A stretch of 64,000 nt of DNA from Candidatus Obscuribacterales bacterium (GCA_965228855.1 CBDDIJ010000002.1:352001-416000), one strand, 5' to 3'. Positions 10,534 through 20,573 are shown, numbered from the stretch's first letter. Translations and numbers: made by a program. Notes: generated by a model not told the origin, from the letters alone.

Positions 10534-10579
10534 GCGGTCAGCTCATTTCGAAATGGAACTCTCAAAGGAGAAATTCAAA

Positions 10580-12133
10580 ATGCGGAAGCATCTGATCTTC
10601 GCATTCGTCGTCTTCGCAGCGTTCGTTCGCTCGCTGCTCGAGAAAACCGACCTGGGATACAAGCTTCTGTTCCTGCCAGGAACAGGCGGGTTCCGCACTG
10701 TGATGGGACTCTGGAAAGCCTGGTACACCTTCGAGAAGGCGCGCAAGGAGTGCCCGGCCTATGAGGACTTCTGTCGGAAAAACAGCTGCGAGGTCACGCT
10801 CGACGGCTGGATTCCGGACTTCTCGAAAGTCGTGCCGATCGACAAGCCGAACTTCATCAAGGTCTACGACATGGCTTCGCGCTGCATCGGCGGCAAGATC
10901 CCGACCCGTGGAGCAGTCATCGACCAATCCTCCGGCTCCACCGGCAAGCCCACCAACTGGGTGCGGGGAGACGCGGAACGTCGAGCGGTCGCGCGCACCA
11001 TGCAGCTCGCACTGCGCGAGTTCGTCGGTCGCGACAAGAAGATTCTCTTCGTTAACGCTTTCGCGCTTGGTCCCTGGGCGACCGGGATGTGCGTCAGCTA
11101 CTCGATCTCCGACGAATGCCTGCTCATCTCGACCGGTCCCGACATCGACAAGATCATCGGCACGCTCGAGGACTTCGGCTCGGAAGGCTGGCTCTACGTT
11201 ATCTCGGGATACCCACCCTTCCTCAAGATGCTCGCGGACTCGAAGCGGCTCGACTGGAGCAAGTACCAGGCGATCGGCTTCTACGGCGGAGAGGGCATGT
11301 CGGAAGGCATGCGCAGCTACCTGATGGGCACGTTCAAAGAGGTCTACGGCGACTACGGCGCCAGCGACCTCGAGATCAACATCGGCGCGGAGAACGCTTT
11401 CACGGTCGCCGTGCGGCGTCTCATGGTTTCCAACGAGAAGCTCCGCCGGCGCATCAATGCGCCGCTGTCGCAACTCAAAGGACTGGAGCGGGTTCAGGAC
11501 CACCTGCCGCACATCTTCCAGTACAACCAGCTCGATTATGTCGTCGAGACGAACGCCGAAGGCGAGCTTGTCATCACGCTCACGCGCTCGACGAATGTCT
11601 CGCCGAGAATCAAGTACAACATCCACGACAACGGTCATGTGATGTCGTACGGCGAGCTGTGCCGCATGCTTGAAGCCGAGGGCATCAGCGTGAGCTCGCT
11701 TCCGCCGGCGATTGCCAATCTGCCGATCATGCTGCACTACGGTCGCTCGGACCTCGCAGCCTCGTACTACGGCTGCAAGATTCCGCCGACCGACATCGAG
11801 AAGATCTGCTTTGAGATTCCGGAGCTGGCAAAGATCTTCAACTCGTTCCGTCTGATCACGAGCGAGGACGCCGAGCACAACAAGCACCTGGAACTCGCCA
11901 TCGAACTCGGCGACGGGCAGCCCATCCCGGCCACCGCCGATGCCGAAGCGATCGAGAAGCGCGTGTTCGAGCTGCTCATGCACCACAACCAGGACTACCG
12001 CGAGTCGTCGCGCATCGCGGCGCAGAAAGGCATCTACGCCAAGGTGGTCTTCTACGGTTTCCGCCAGGGACCGTTCGTGGGCTCCGACATCCGCCTCAAG
12101 AACAAGTACACCGAAGAAGGCGGCAAGAAGTAA
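10580..12133 (+). CDS. Phenylacetate-CoA ligase (PaaK)-like adenylate-forming enzyme
   Basis: SSGSTGKP P-loop, YGASD, PRIKYNIHD and GRSD motifs; AAGGAG before ATG 10580. Confidence 0.8.
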   Translation: MRKHLIFAFVVFAAFVRSLLEKTDLGYKLLFLPGTGGFRTVMGLWKAWYTFEKARKECPAYEDFCRKNSCEVTLDGWIPDFSKVVPIDKPNFIKVYDMASRCIGGKIPTRGAVIDQSSGSTGKPTNWVRGDAERRAVARTMQLALREFVGRDKKILFVNAFALGPWATGMCVSYSISDECLLISTGPDIDKIIGTLEDFGSEGWLYVISGYPPFLKMLADSKRLDWSKYQAIGFYGGEGMSEGMRSYLMGTFKEVYGDYGASDLEINIGAENAFTVAVRRLMVSNEKLRRRINAPLSQLKGLERVQDHLPHIFQYNQLDYVVETNAEGELVITLTRSTNVSPRIKYNIHDNGHVMSYGELCRMLEAEGISVSSLPPAIANLPIMLHYGRSDLAASYYGCKIPPTDIEKICFEIPELAKIFNSFRLITSEDAEHNKHLELAIELGDGQPIPATADAEAIEKRVFELLMHHNQDYRESSRIAAQKGIYAKVVFYGFRQGPFVGSDIRLKNKYTEEGGKK

Positions 12134-12323
12134 GCACCGCCTGCGGTGCCGGCAATGTTTTCCGGATGGCGAGGTCAACGCGATTTGACCTCGCCGACCA
12201 TTCTCTGCTCCAGGGTCTGAACCTGGCTCCGTCAATCCAGCAGCGACGGTTTTAGCGAATTCCGTCGCTGTCTCATTGATGGACGGTCTCGTTCAACACA
12301 CCGATTGTTCGAAAAGGAACGAT

Positions 12324-13448
12324 ATGAAAAACTTCGATTCCATGGCCGCGCACGTAAGCGCTCCGCTCATGCGAGCGCGCGCGCGGCTCTATCAAGTCTC
12401 CGGCGGCAGCCCGCTTTCCGGAGATGTTCGTGCGGCGCGCCTGACCACGGCACAGCGCATCGAGTACTTCAAATCTTCGGAGTTCCGAGATTGGGTCGCC
12501 TACGAGAAGTCCTTTGGACGCCAGGTTTTCTGGCTCAAGGACGTCGACAAGACGCAAGCATCGGGCGACATTTTCACATTCTTCTTCAAGTGGCGCGCCG
12601 ACAATGGCAAGTTCACGAAGCCGCAACTCAACGCGGTTTCGCAATACCTGCTGAAACGCCAGAGCCTGGCAAGCGCGGCCGGCGTGCGCATCACCCATGG
12701 TGCCCTCGCCCTGGTCAACGGCTTCGGCGCGGCGATCAAACCGCCCGCCTTCGCCGACCTCAGCCCCTACGAGGTGCTGCGCCTCTGGGATAGCAAGGAG
12801 CGCGGCGGCAGCGGCATCGGCTTGCTGGACTTCTGGGCGCAGGTCTACTGGCCGTCGCAACGCGGTCTGACTCGCGAAGAGAAGCTTCGGCAAGTCCAGG
12901 CGTTCGCACCGACATACGCGGACCGCGTCTATCCGGGTGTCAAGGAAGAGAATCTGGCGCTGACTGACGCGGGCGTCGAGGTTGTGATCGTCACGAACGG
13001 CGACCAGGAGCTAGCCACAGCGGCGGCGCCGTACATGGGCATCAAGCCCGAGAATGTCGTGGGCTCACACCTCATCTATGAAGGCGAAGAGTCCACCGGC
13101 GAAAATCACGCCTACGAAATCTTCGCAGAGGATTGGGCAGAGCGTCCGCAGCCAGGCAAGCCGCTGAGCTTCCACTACTGGATCTACATCAACCGGTCGC
13201 GCTGGGGCTGGGACCACCTGGACGAACATCTGATCCTCATCGCCGGGCGCGATGGCGACTCGGCTTCGTCCGACGGCGGCATGATGATTTTCCTGCCCAC
13301 GCCTGCGATCGGCAACTTCATGGTCGACACGCCCGGCGAGCCAGCCAGGCTGCAAAAGTTCCATTCCGTGACCTCGAAGTACGGATGGACGCGCGGTCAG
13401 TTCTTCACGCTCGTGCAGGAGCAGTCGAAACTCGGCGCCAAGCCTTAA
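12324..13448 (+). CDS. Divergent HAD-like phosphatase
   Basis: KDVDKT (DxD), VYPGV, VIVTNG and GDSASSD motifs. Confidence 0.65.
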   Translation: MKNFDSMAAHVSAPLMRARARLYQVSGGSPLSGDVRAARLTTAQRIEYFKSSEFRDWVAYEKSFGRQVFWLKDVDKTQASGDIFTFFFKWRADNGKFTKPQLNAVSQYLLKRQSLASAAGVRITHGALALVNGFGAAIKPPAFADLSPYEVLRLWDSKERGGSGIGLLDFWAQVYWPSQRGLTREEKLRQVQAFAPTYADRVYPGVKEENLALTDAGVEVVIVTNGDQELATAAAPYMGIKPENVVGSHLIYEGEESTGENHAYEIFAEDWAERPQPGKPLSFHYWIYINRSRWGWDHLDEHLILIAGRDGDSASSDGGMMIFLPTPAIGNFMVDTPGEPARLQKFHSVTSKYGWTRGQFFTLVQEQSKLGAKP

Positions 13449-13561
13449 CGTCTGCTGCGTTTGGATTTAAACCGTTTGAGCCCACGGCTCAGCGCGTTTA
13501 ATTGTCGGGGAGGTGATACTGGCAAATCGCCACGTCACCTCCCTCGGCTTCCACAGCCCGC

Positions 13562-13798
13562 CTACTATATTCTTCCGTATCGTTCAAACGAGCACATCGA
13601 CTGCCCAGTCACGGTTTTCGCGGATCATTCAAGTTCATCCTCCGGAAGAAGGCTGTGTTTGTCTACGACAGAATGCCGGATTTCGCCAAAAGCGTCATTC
13701 CAGGATAGACAAAATGACTTACGGCTTTTACATAACAACCGCTAAACCAGCGCCATTGGGCATCCCGAGACCATCACAGAAACGATATCCTATAGTAG
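13562..13798. repeat. Arm-core-arm element, locus 3 (core 13660-13711)
   Basis: CTACTATA at 13562; core TGTCTACG-ACAGA-ATGCCGGA-TTTCGCCAAA-AGCGTCAT-TCCAG-GATAGACA; TATAGTAG at 13791-13798; lies between convergent genes. Confidence 0.9.
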
Positions 13799-13856
13799 CT
13801 AATTCGACAGGAGAAACCGGCTCGGAGAGCCGGTTTCGGAGAGAGCGAGAGAGTGG

Positions 13857-14204
13857 TCAGTCGAACTCGCTCGCGGGACGCGGCGGGACCGGACCCATCG
13901 TGACATAGAGCACGATGTTCGCGACCAGGGCGAAAACGATCGCGCCGACGCAGGCGAGAGCCGCGGTGCCGATCGAGGGAGCGGCGAAGCAGCAGAACAG
14001 CGCCCAGATGCCGCCGAAGATGCCGGCACCGATCAGGGCGTCACCGTCCTGGTAGCGACCGGTGCGGAACGCATCCTGAATCTCCCAGGCGGTGCCGCCG
14101 AAGAGACCGACGAAGTAGGTCGTCATCGCGATGAGAAAGAGCCCGAGCACCGACATGCCGGCGTAATAGAGCAGATTGAGGATGCCTTCGATGATCCAGT
14201 ACAT
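13857..14204 (-). CDS. Small membrane protein
   Basis: About three hydrophobic segments; AGGAAGGA upstream of ATG 14204. Confidence 0.65.
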   Translation of the reverse strand: MYWIIEGILNLLYYAGMSVLGLFLIAMTTYFVGLFGGTAWEIQDAFRTGRYQDGDALIGAGIFGGIWALFCCFAAPSIGTAALACVGAIVFALVANIVLYVTMGPVPPRPASEFD

Positions 14205-14349
14205 GACAAAATTCCTTCCTGTCATAGCTTGTGAAATTCGGCAGGCTGAAGGAGTTTAAAACCCCATCGCCCACCAGCGGACCGACACCACTTGTAGTAT
14301 CAACACAAGTGGTGCCGGTTTGTGGCTCATTCACGAACCACCAGCTTTG

Positions 14350-14841
14350 CTACCCCTCACTTTCGGGAGTGGCAGTCTTTCCGGGACAGCCGACGCATGT
14401 GCAGGTTGCACAAACACGCGGGCAAGCCGAATCGGTTTCGTCAGGCGAACCGTTCGACCCAGTCGCAACGGGAGAAGCAGCGGTCTCCTCAACGGCTTTC
14501 GCCGAGCGAGCGCGGTCTCTGGCCGTTGCGCGCTGCCAGTCTCGAGCGCGGACTAGCGCCGAGTCGGCAGAACCACGCGTGCGCGCGGTCGTGACGGGAG
14601 CGTCGGCAGTCGACACCTCCGAAGATTCGCCTGCACCATCAGCGGTGGCACTGATATTGCCGGCGGCGATCTCCTCATTCAAGATCTTGTAGAACAGCTC
14701 TTTGGCCTGGCGACCGCAGATACCACACTGGGTGGCAAGTCCGGTCGTTTTCGCCATTTGAGCGAACGTCTTCACCTTGCCGGACCGGATGAGAGCGCGC
14801 ATGGCTCCGTCGGTCACGGCGTGACAGCTGCAGATATACAT
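14350..14841 (-). CDS. bfd: Bfd-like [2Fe-2S] protein with long C-terminal extension
   Basis: MYICSCHAVTD...CGICG signature; AAGGAGG RBS; tail contains CPRVCATCTCVGC. Confidence 0.75.
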   Translation of the reverse strand: MYICSCHAVTDGAMRALIRSGKVKTFAQMAKTTGLATQCGICGRQAKELFYKILNEEIAAGNISATADGAGESSEVSTADAPVTTARTRGSADSALVRARDWQRATARDRARSAKAVEETAASPVATGSNGSPDETDSACPRVCATCTCVGCPGKTATPESEG

Positions 14842-15165
14842 CGTGACCTCCTTTCGGTCATGAGCACCGAATTAAATCCGGCATGGTTGTTGGTGTTTGA
14901 AAGAAGCGCGAGTGGCGTCTTCGCAGGTCGACGCGCACAGCCGTTCAAGCTGATGCACGCCGCATGGTGGCGCCGACTTGCTTCTTCTATTTTTCTTGGA
15001 AGTCGGGAGCCGTCGCGAGGGAAACCGAGGCGGACAGCGCCTGCGGTTTCCACCTCACAGGAAGCGAGGGTGCCGGCACAGCTGGGTTTCAGGGACGAAA
15101 CCCAGAGCGTCGGCAGCGACGATATTGAACCGGCTACGTTCCCGGCGTACCGGCAGGTGCCTGGT

Positions 15166-16017
15166 TTAGAGGCACTCGGGTCCGAACGAGTCGGGCAGGG
15201 CGGCGTCGAGCGTGGTGCGCACGACGGTCTTGTCGGTGCCGACGTAGAGAATCTCGGCGGTCAGACCACCGAACTCGCGCAGCACTTGCAGGCATTCGCC
15301 GTCGATCGGGTCAGCACCCGCGACAGCAAGCTTGCTGACGTTGGTGTAACCGGCGCTCACGGCGGCGAAGATGGCGGCGCGCTCGGCGCTGACACTGCCG
15401 CCGTAGCTGGCGTTGTCGATCTGGGCGCCGGCGAAACGACGACGGTCACCCGACTTGTTCGCTGCCACGACGACGGCGCCGCGCGGCTGCTGCGAGTACG
15501 GGACGTGCGACTTGCCGACCATGCCGAGGACGCGGTCGACGATCTGGCGCTCCGTGTAGTGCAGACCGGCGTAGGCTTCCGCATTCGCGGTCGGTCCGGG
15601 CAGCAGGTCGGCGACGGTGGCGCGCAGCACGTTGCTCTCGCGATCGCAGATGTTGAGCAGAACGGCGTCGCCGCCGAACTGTCGCAACACCTGACGGCAG
15701 AGCCCGCACGGCGAACCGCCGGGGTGCTTGGCGCAGACGACGGCGACCGCGCGGAAGCGCGTGTAGCCCTGCTCGACAGCAGTCGTGGCCGCGTTGCGCT
15801 CGGCGCAGATGGTCGCGGCGAAGGAAGCGTTCTCGACGTTGCAACCGCTGAACAGCTTGGTCTCGCCCTTGCCGTTCTCCGCGAAGATCGCGGCGCCGAC
15901 AGGGAAGTTCGACCGGAAGCAGTGCGCGTTCTCGGAAGAACGCCAGGCGGCCTCGACGCACAGTGCTTCGACGGCGGTGAGGTCAGCCTTCTTGGTGAAA
16001 ACTCCGAGTGTGCTCAT
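15166..16017 (-). CDS. cdd: Cytidine deaminase with two tandem deaminase domains
   Basis: Domain 1: GCNVENAS, CAERNA, SPCGLCRQ. Domain 2 degenerate: SAERAA, PIDGECLQ. Confidence 0.85.
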   Translation of the reverse strand: MSTLGVFTKKADLTAVEALCVEAAWRSSENAHCFRSNFPVGAAIFAENGKGETKLFSGCNVENASFAATICAERNAATTAVEQGYTRFRAVAVVCAKHPGGSPCGLCRQVLRQFGGDAVLLNICDRESNVLRATVADLLPGPTANAEAYAGLHYTERQIVDRVLGMVGKSHVPYSQQPRGAVVVAANKSGDRRRFAGAQIDNASYGGSVSAERAAIFAAVSAGYTNVSKLAVAGADPIDGECLQVLREFGGLTAEILYVGTDKTVVRTTLDAALPDSFGPECL

Positions 16018-16749
16018 ATTGTGCCTTTCGAAAGTTTGCAGAAACAGCCCTTTGGGGTGAAGCGCGCGCCAAGTGGGCTTGTAACCCGGCGCGTGCACCT
16101 TATGGTTTCAGCCAGCCCAAGCAATCGATTCGCCGCCCAGACCCATCTCCGTGTCCCACCACCGCATAATGTGCGAAGAGGCAGGGGAGGATTGCGTCTG
16201 TTTTTCGGTGGGCGGGTTCTCGAATGCAGTGAGTGAGGCAAGTACAAATCTTTGGTATCAAAAAGATGACAGCCGAGACAATCACCGCGAGCATTAGTAT
16301 TTGGAAATAAGAACTTTCGCGCATCATGAACCGAATGTGAAAAGAGCCGAATTCTTGATCAGTTCTACTGCGACCACGCGCGTGATAAAGCTCCGCGCAC
16401 CTAGCGCTAGCTCGCTTGTAAAGAGGATCGTTACACAGTAACCATGCGTAACCTCCCCTGTCGAAAAACCATCCGAGCTGGCACAACATCGTGATATTTT
16501 GCCATTTCACACAAAGCTCTTCACCTGCATACTTTCTCAGGAGCTAAACCGTTTACAGCCTCGCACCGCATACGGTGCACAGATGTCTCGCCAAAACCGT
16601 CGCTCTCTCATTGACAGGGCTTGAGACTCATTTATGACAAGCTCGGATGCCTTGCCTCGCAGGTCTTTATCAATTAAACTGTTCGCTATGAAAGGCTCCG
16701 CTTTCGCGTAGAAGCCTTTCATCCTTTTTCAAATGAAACGGACTGTCTT

Positions 16750-16886
16750 TGTCTATCCTACGATGCCGGAATTCGGAAATTTCGTCGCTCTCCGATAGCC
16801 AAAAAAACTCTCCGCCTCGAAGCGATCCGGAGAACCCCGACCGCATCAAGGTTTCCGGAATCCACTTTTCCTATGTTTTATAGTAG
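16750..16886. repeat. Core-arm element, locus 4 (core 16750-16801; left arm not seen)
   Basis: TGTCTATC-CTACG-ATGCCGGA-ATTCGGAAAT-TTCGTCGC-TCTCC-GATAGCCA; TATAGTAG at 16879-16886. Confidence 0.85.
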
Positions 16887-16901
16887 CAAAGATCGAGAAA
16901 C

Positions 16902-16928
16902 GAAGCGCAAGCGGTGGGCTTGCGCTTC
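16902..16928 (-). terminator. Probable terminator of the 16980..17303 gene
   Basis: GAAGCGCAAGC-N5-GCTTGCGCTTC, followed by a T-rich tract on the minus strand. Confidence 0.65.
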
Positions 16929-16979
16929 TACGGGTGGATGTTAATCCACTAACATCCATGCGACTCGGCTACGCGCCAC

Positions 16980-17303
16980 TCACCAGCCCCGCTGGGGGTA
17001 GCCAGGGTAGTAGCGCGGCGTGTTGTAGCGCGGGTAGTTGTACCGGTTGCCGTAAGGGTTCCCGTAGGGGCGGTTGTACGGATTGCCGTACGGGTTGTAG
17101 CGGTTGCCGTAAGGATTCCCGTAAGGGTAGCCGTACGGGTTTCCGTAGGGACGGTAGTACGGGCTGTACCGATAGTGCGGATTCCCGATATCGATGTGGA
17201 TGCCGCCGGGACCGACGTGAACGCCACCGGCTTGCGCCTGCGAAGCGCCGACGGAGAAGAAGAGGGCGACACCGACGATTGCGGACAGGATCATGGTCTT
17301 CAT
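16980..17303 (-). CDS. Small secreted Tyr/Gly/Asn/Pro-rich repeat protein
   Basis: Signal peptide ending in AQA; repeated YGNP units. Confidence 0.75.
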   Translation of the reverse strand: MKTMILSAIVGVALFFSVGASQAQAGGVHVGPGGIHIDIGNPHYRYSPYYRPYGNPYGYPYGNPYGNRYNPYGNPYNRPYGNPYGNRYNYPRYNTPRYYPGYPQRGW

Positions 17304-17828
17304 AGGTTTCTTTCGTTTGTTGTTGTTGTTCTGGAAAGAGCTTCTCGCCGAACCCCTCCGAAAACCGGCTCACGACCTGCCACTACGGTGCAGCAGAGAA
17401 AACGTGAGAAGAAAGCGTGCTTGTGTTTCTAGTTAGAGAATTCCGGAAAATCAGATAGGGTCGAGAAGTACACCGAGACTATCGATCCAACGACAGCAAC
17501 ACAAGGTTTGATTATTACATATAAAGGCAAAGGTTCATCGAAAGAAACGCTGATAACCAGGCACTCTTCGAAGGTTTCAATAATGCGAGCCGCTCGCAAC
17601 TGTTTCACTCCGGACGAAAAACATTCGCACATTCGGATCGGGTAGCTCGCCGCTTTGATATTGCAGAAAACTTTTTGATGCTTGGAAACACTGATAGGTT
17701 CGGCATTCCCGCCCCTATCGTAATTTTCCCATGAAAACGGTACAGAATGTTCACACAATATCCCTAGGGTATTCGTGTCGGGACTCCGCAATATCAATCC
17801 CGATTCGAGTCAAACAAAAGGTTGGGTT

Positions 17829-18713
17829 ATGGTCATGGTTAAAACTGCACTTCCGCAAGAGCTTTCAAATCTAATCGGCGAGTACGAGCGCAGCCTCAAT
17901 AGTAAGGAATTCTCCGCTCACACGAAGCGCGCCTATATCTCAAGAAACAAAAAATTTCTTTCCTACCTACATGAGTCCGAGGGAATCTCCTCGATGACGA
18001 ACTTCGACAAAGGCTGGTCAGAAGTCATCAATAATTACAGAGAATTTCTCAAGAGCGAGCATCAAGCATCTCTGAATTCAATCAATAACAGCTTGACCGC
18101 AATCGAAGACATCTTTTCTTTCATCGGCGTCGACATGGGTCGGGTCGAGCGCGAAGCATGGCCGAAATCGACTCCGCGCTGTCTGACGCAGCATGAACAG
18201 GAGCTGTTCATAAACGCTGTTTACCGTACAAAATCGTCTAAAGATAAAGCGATTGTTCTACTGATTTTGTTTACCGGTATTAAAATCGGAGAATGCGCAT
18301 CGTTAGATATAGACGACATCTTCATCAGCGCACACACAGGTCGAATCACTGTAAAAGACGGTCGCATCATACCACTGAATACGGTGGCACGCCGGGCCCT
18401 TATTCAATGGCTTATCGACCGCCACAAAAAATTTGGCGAAACCGCTGAGCGCGCATTATTCCTCAATCCTCAAGGAAAACGTATTTCAACGGTCGGCATC
18501 GATCTTATCGTCCGCAAGATCGGACACAAGGCTCACCTCAATATCTCAGCACAAGTTCTTCGTGACACCTGCTTGAGCAACCTGGTGAGAAACGGAAACG
18601 ACCTCTTGCTCGTCGCACAGATCGGCGGACATAGAACGATTGAAACCACAAGACGCTATACCAGCTCCCGGAGCTTTGATGCTCACGAGGCGATGGAAGC
18701 GCTCGGTCACTAA
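17829..18713 (+). CDS. XerC/D-like tyrosine recombinase-family protein with atypical catalytic residues
   Basis: N-terminal SAHTKRAY; box I KDKAIVLLILFTGIKIGE; box II SAQVLRDT...GGHRTIETTRRY. Confidence 0.85.
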   Translation: MVMVKTALPQELSNLIGEYERSLNSKEFSAHTKRAYISRNKKFLSYLHESEGISSMTNFDKGWSEVINNYREFLKSEHQASLNSINNSLTAIEDIFSFIGVDMGRVEREAWPKSTPRCLTQHEQELFINAVYRTKSSKDKAIVLLILFTGIKIGECASLDIDDIFISAHTGRITVKDGRIIPLNTVARRALIQWLIDRHKKFGETAERALFLNPQGKRISTVGIDLIVRKIGHKAHLNISAQVLRDTCLSNLVRNGNDLLLVAQIGGHRTIETTRRYTSSRSFDAHEAMEALGH

Positions 18714-18982
18714 ACCCAGTTTTCAAACCGCACACATAGTTCAAACCCACACCCAGTCAGGTCCGGCGAAGGTTATCCGATGCCGGACCTGCCTATTTGA
18801 ATCGCGCTTTCGCTGGCCGGCAGTACGTTACATCGCGGTCACCTCTAGCGCGAAAACAACTCCTGTGCAATAGTGGAATTAGAGGGGCGATAAAACCCTG
18901 ATGAACAGCCAACTGTTCCAAGTCCACAGATTTACGACGCCCCGGCGAGCTTACGGGCGGCGCAACAACAGCAGACGAAGCA

Positions 18983-20212
18983 GTGAAAAACGCAAAGAGA
19001 TTCTCAACCGTTTCGGCGGGCAGTTTTCTGACCCTGGGTTTTCTTCTGATGATTTTCCAGATGGCTGCACCCGCAACCGCTCTGGCAGCAGGTTCGACAA
19101 CGGACCTTAGCGAGATGGACCTCGCTGAGCTGGTGGAGGAAAACGACCGCGCCTACGACGAGATCTGGTCACTGGTGGAAGCCAACTTTCTCTATCGAGA
19201 ACGGCTTCAGAACTGGAATTTGTGGCGGCACAAGTTCGATCACAAAATGAAAAATCGCGCCGAAGCCGAGAAAGCGATTAACTCAATGATCGAATCTCTC
19301 AAAGATGAATACACATTTTTCCGAGACGAGCCCACGACTGAAGAGCGCAAGAATCTGCGCCAGAAGACGAAAGTAGTCGATTACAAAATGCTCGAGGGTC
19401 AAATAGGCTACGTCCACATCAGTACGTTTAACTCAATGTTCTGCGTGCCTGAAACACGGAATGCGCTGATTGAGTTAAATCAGGCCCACGGCTTGATCAT
19501 CGACTTGCGCGATAACTGGGGCGGTTCCATTACGACCACATTCGATGTCTTTTCTCTGCTGACCGGCAGCGGAAAGTTCGTCAGCATGAAAGGCACCACA
19601 GATGATGCCGAATATACGGAGGAGATGACTTTATCGGAGAATTCCGCGATTACGAATACGGACGGAATTGAAACTTCAAGCGTCCGAGAATTCAATTTGA
19701 CCGCCGGGAAACCGCTTGTAGTGCTCGTAAACGAGACCACAAAATCCGCGGCGGAGATGCTGGCAGGGGCACTCAGGGATAATGGCAGAGCATTAGTGCT
19801 TGGCAGTCGCACCTTCGGAAAAGGCATCGTGCAAAGAGTTTGGGAGTTCCCAAACAATACGTCCATCAAGATTTCCTCGGCTCGCTACTATTTGCCGAAC
19901 GGCGAATACGTTCATCGAGTGGGTTTAACTCCCGATTTGATCGTCCCCAACGACGGTACTTTGAAACGAAAAGGCGTGGAAAAACAGCGCAACAGTGAGG
20001 CACCGCCCGTCGATGCCTGCATGAGTTTACTGCGAAAAAAATGCGGCGGGAAACGAACATATTCCATGGTGATGCAGTTGCAGATGGACAAAATCGCGCA
20101 TGAACAGAGCGCCTCAGCGTCCGTTGACACAGGTTTCGCTAACGGCGATCGTCAACTCAGCGAAGCGCAGGTAGTACTGCGCAGAAAGTTAGTATCGCTA
20201 GCGAAGCCTTGA
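18983..20212 (+). CDS. S41 family C-terminal processing peptidase (no obvious PDZ domain)
   Basis: IGYVHISTF, DLRDNWGG, TKSAAE, TFGKG and GLTPD motifs; signal peptide. Confidence 0.85.
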   Translation: MKNAKRFSTVSAGSFLTLGFLLMIFQMAAPATALAAGSTTDLSEMDLAELVEENDRAYDEIWSLVEANFLYRERLQNWNLWRHKFDHKMKNRAEAEKAINSMIESLKDEYTFFRDEPTTEERKNLRQKTKVVDYKMLEGQIGYVHISTFNSMFCVPETRNALIELNQAHGLIIDLRDNWGGSITTTFDVFSLLTGSGKFVSMKGTTDDAEYTEEMTLSENSAITNTDGIETSSVREFNLTAGKPLVVLVNETTKSAAEMLAGALRDNGRALVLGSRTFGKGIVQRVWEFPNNTSIKISSARYYLPNGEYVHRVGLTPDLIVPNDGTLKRKGVEKQRNSEAPPVDACMSLLRKKCGGKRTYSMVMQLQMDKIAHEQSASASVDTGFANGDRQLSEAQVVLRRKLVSLAKP

Positions 20213-20573
20213 ACCGAGCCCCCCACCGACACCACATGACAATTCCAAATTTCTCGCATACCAATAAGCGCGAACGGTTTGTTCCTGGGGGCTAAAAGCG
20301 ATCGTTCGCAAGGCCCGACGCAGGAGGCGCACCTTAGTGTGAACTAGAAATTAGATCTCAAGATAGATGTACCGAGTTGTCATTGTTGTTTGGCTATCAA
20401 GACTTCTAATATCATTCGGCGTTTCTTTTACACGGACCATTTGAAAGCTCTAGAACTCGAATTCTAAGCTGTGCAGCTTTTGTAGGACTCTGACTCGTGC
20501 TCTTGAGCATGCGAAATCTCACGCGTTCAGCCAAACGCCGCGAGCACGATCTGTCCGCAGCCCCTGGGTTCAA

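Noticed and set aside
14940..15110. Hammerhead ribozyme (CTGATG...GACGAAAC)
   Set aside because: The core is CTGATGC rather than CTGANGA, and the stems do not assemble around it.
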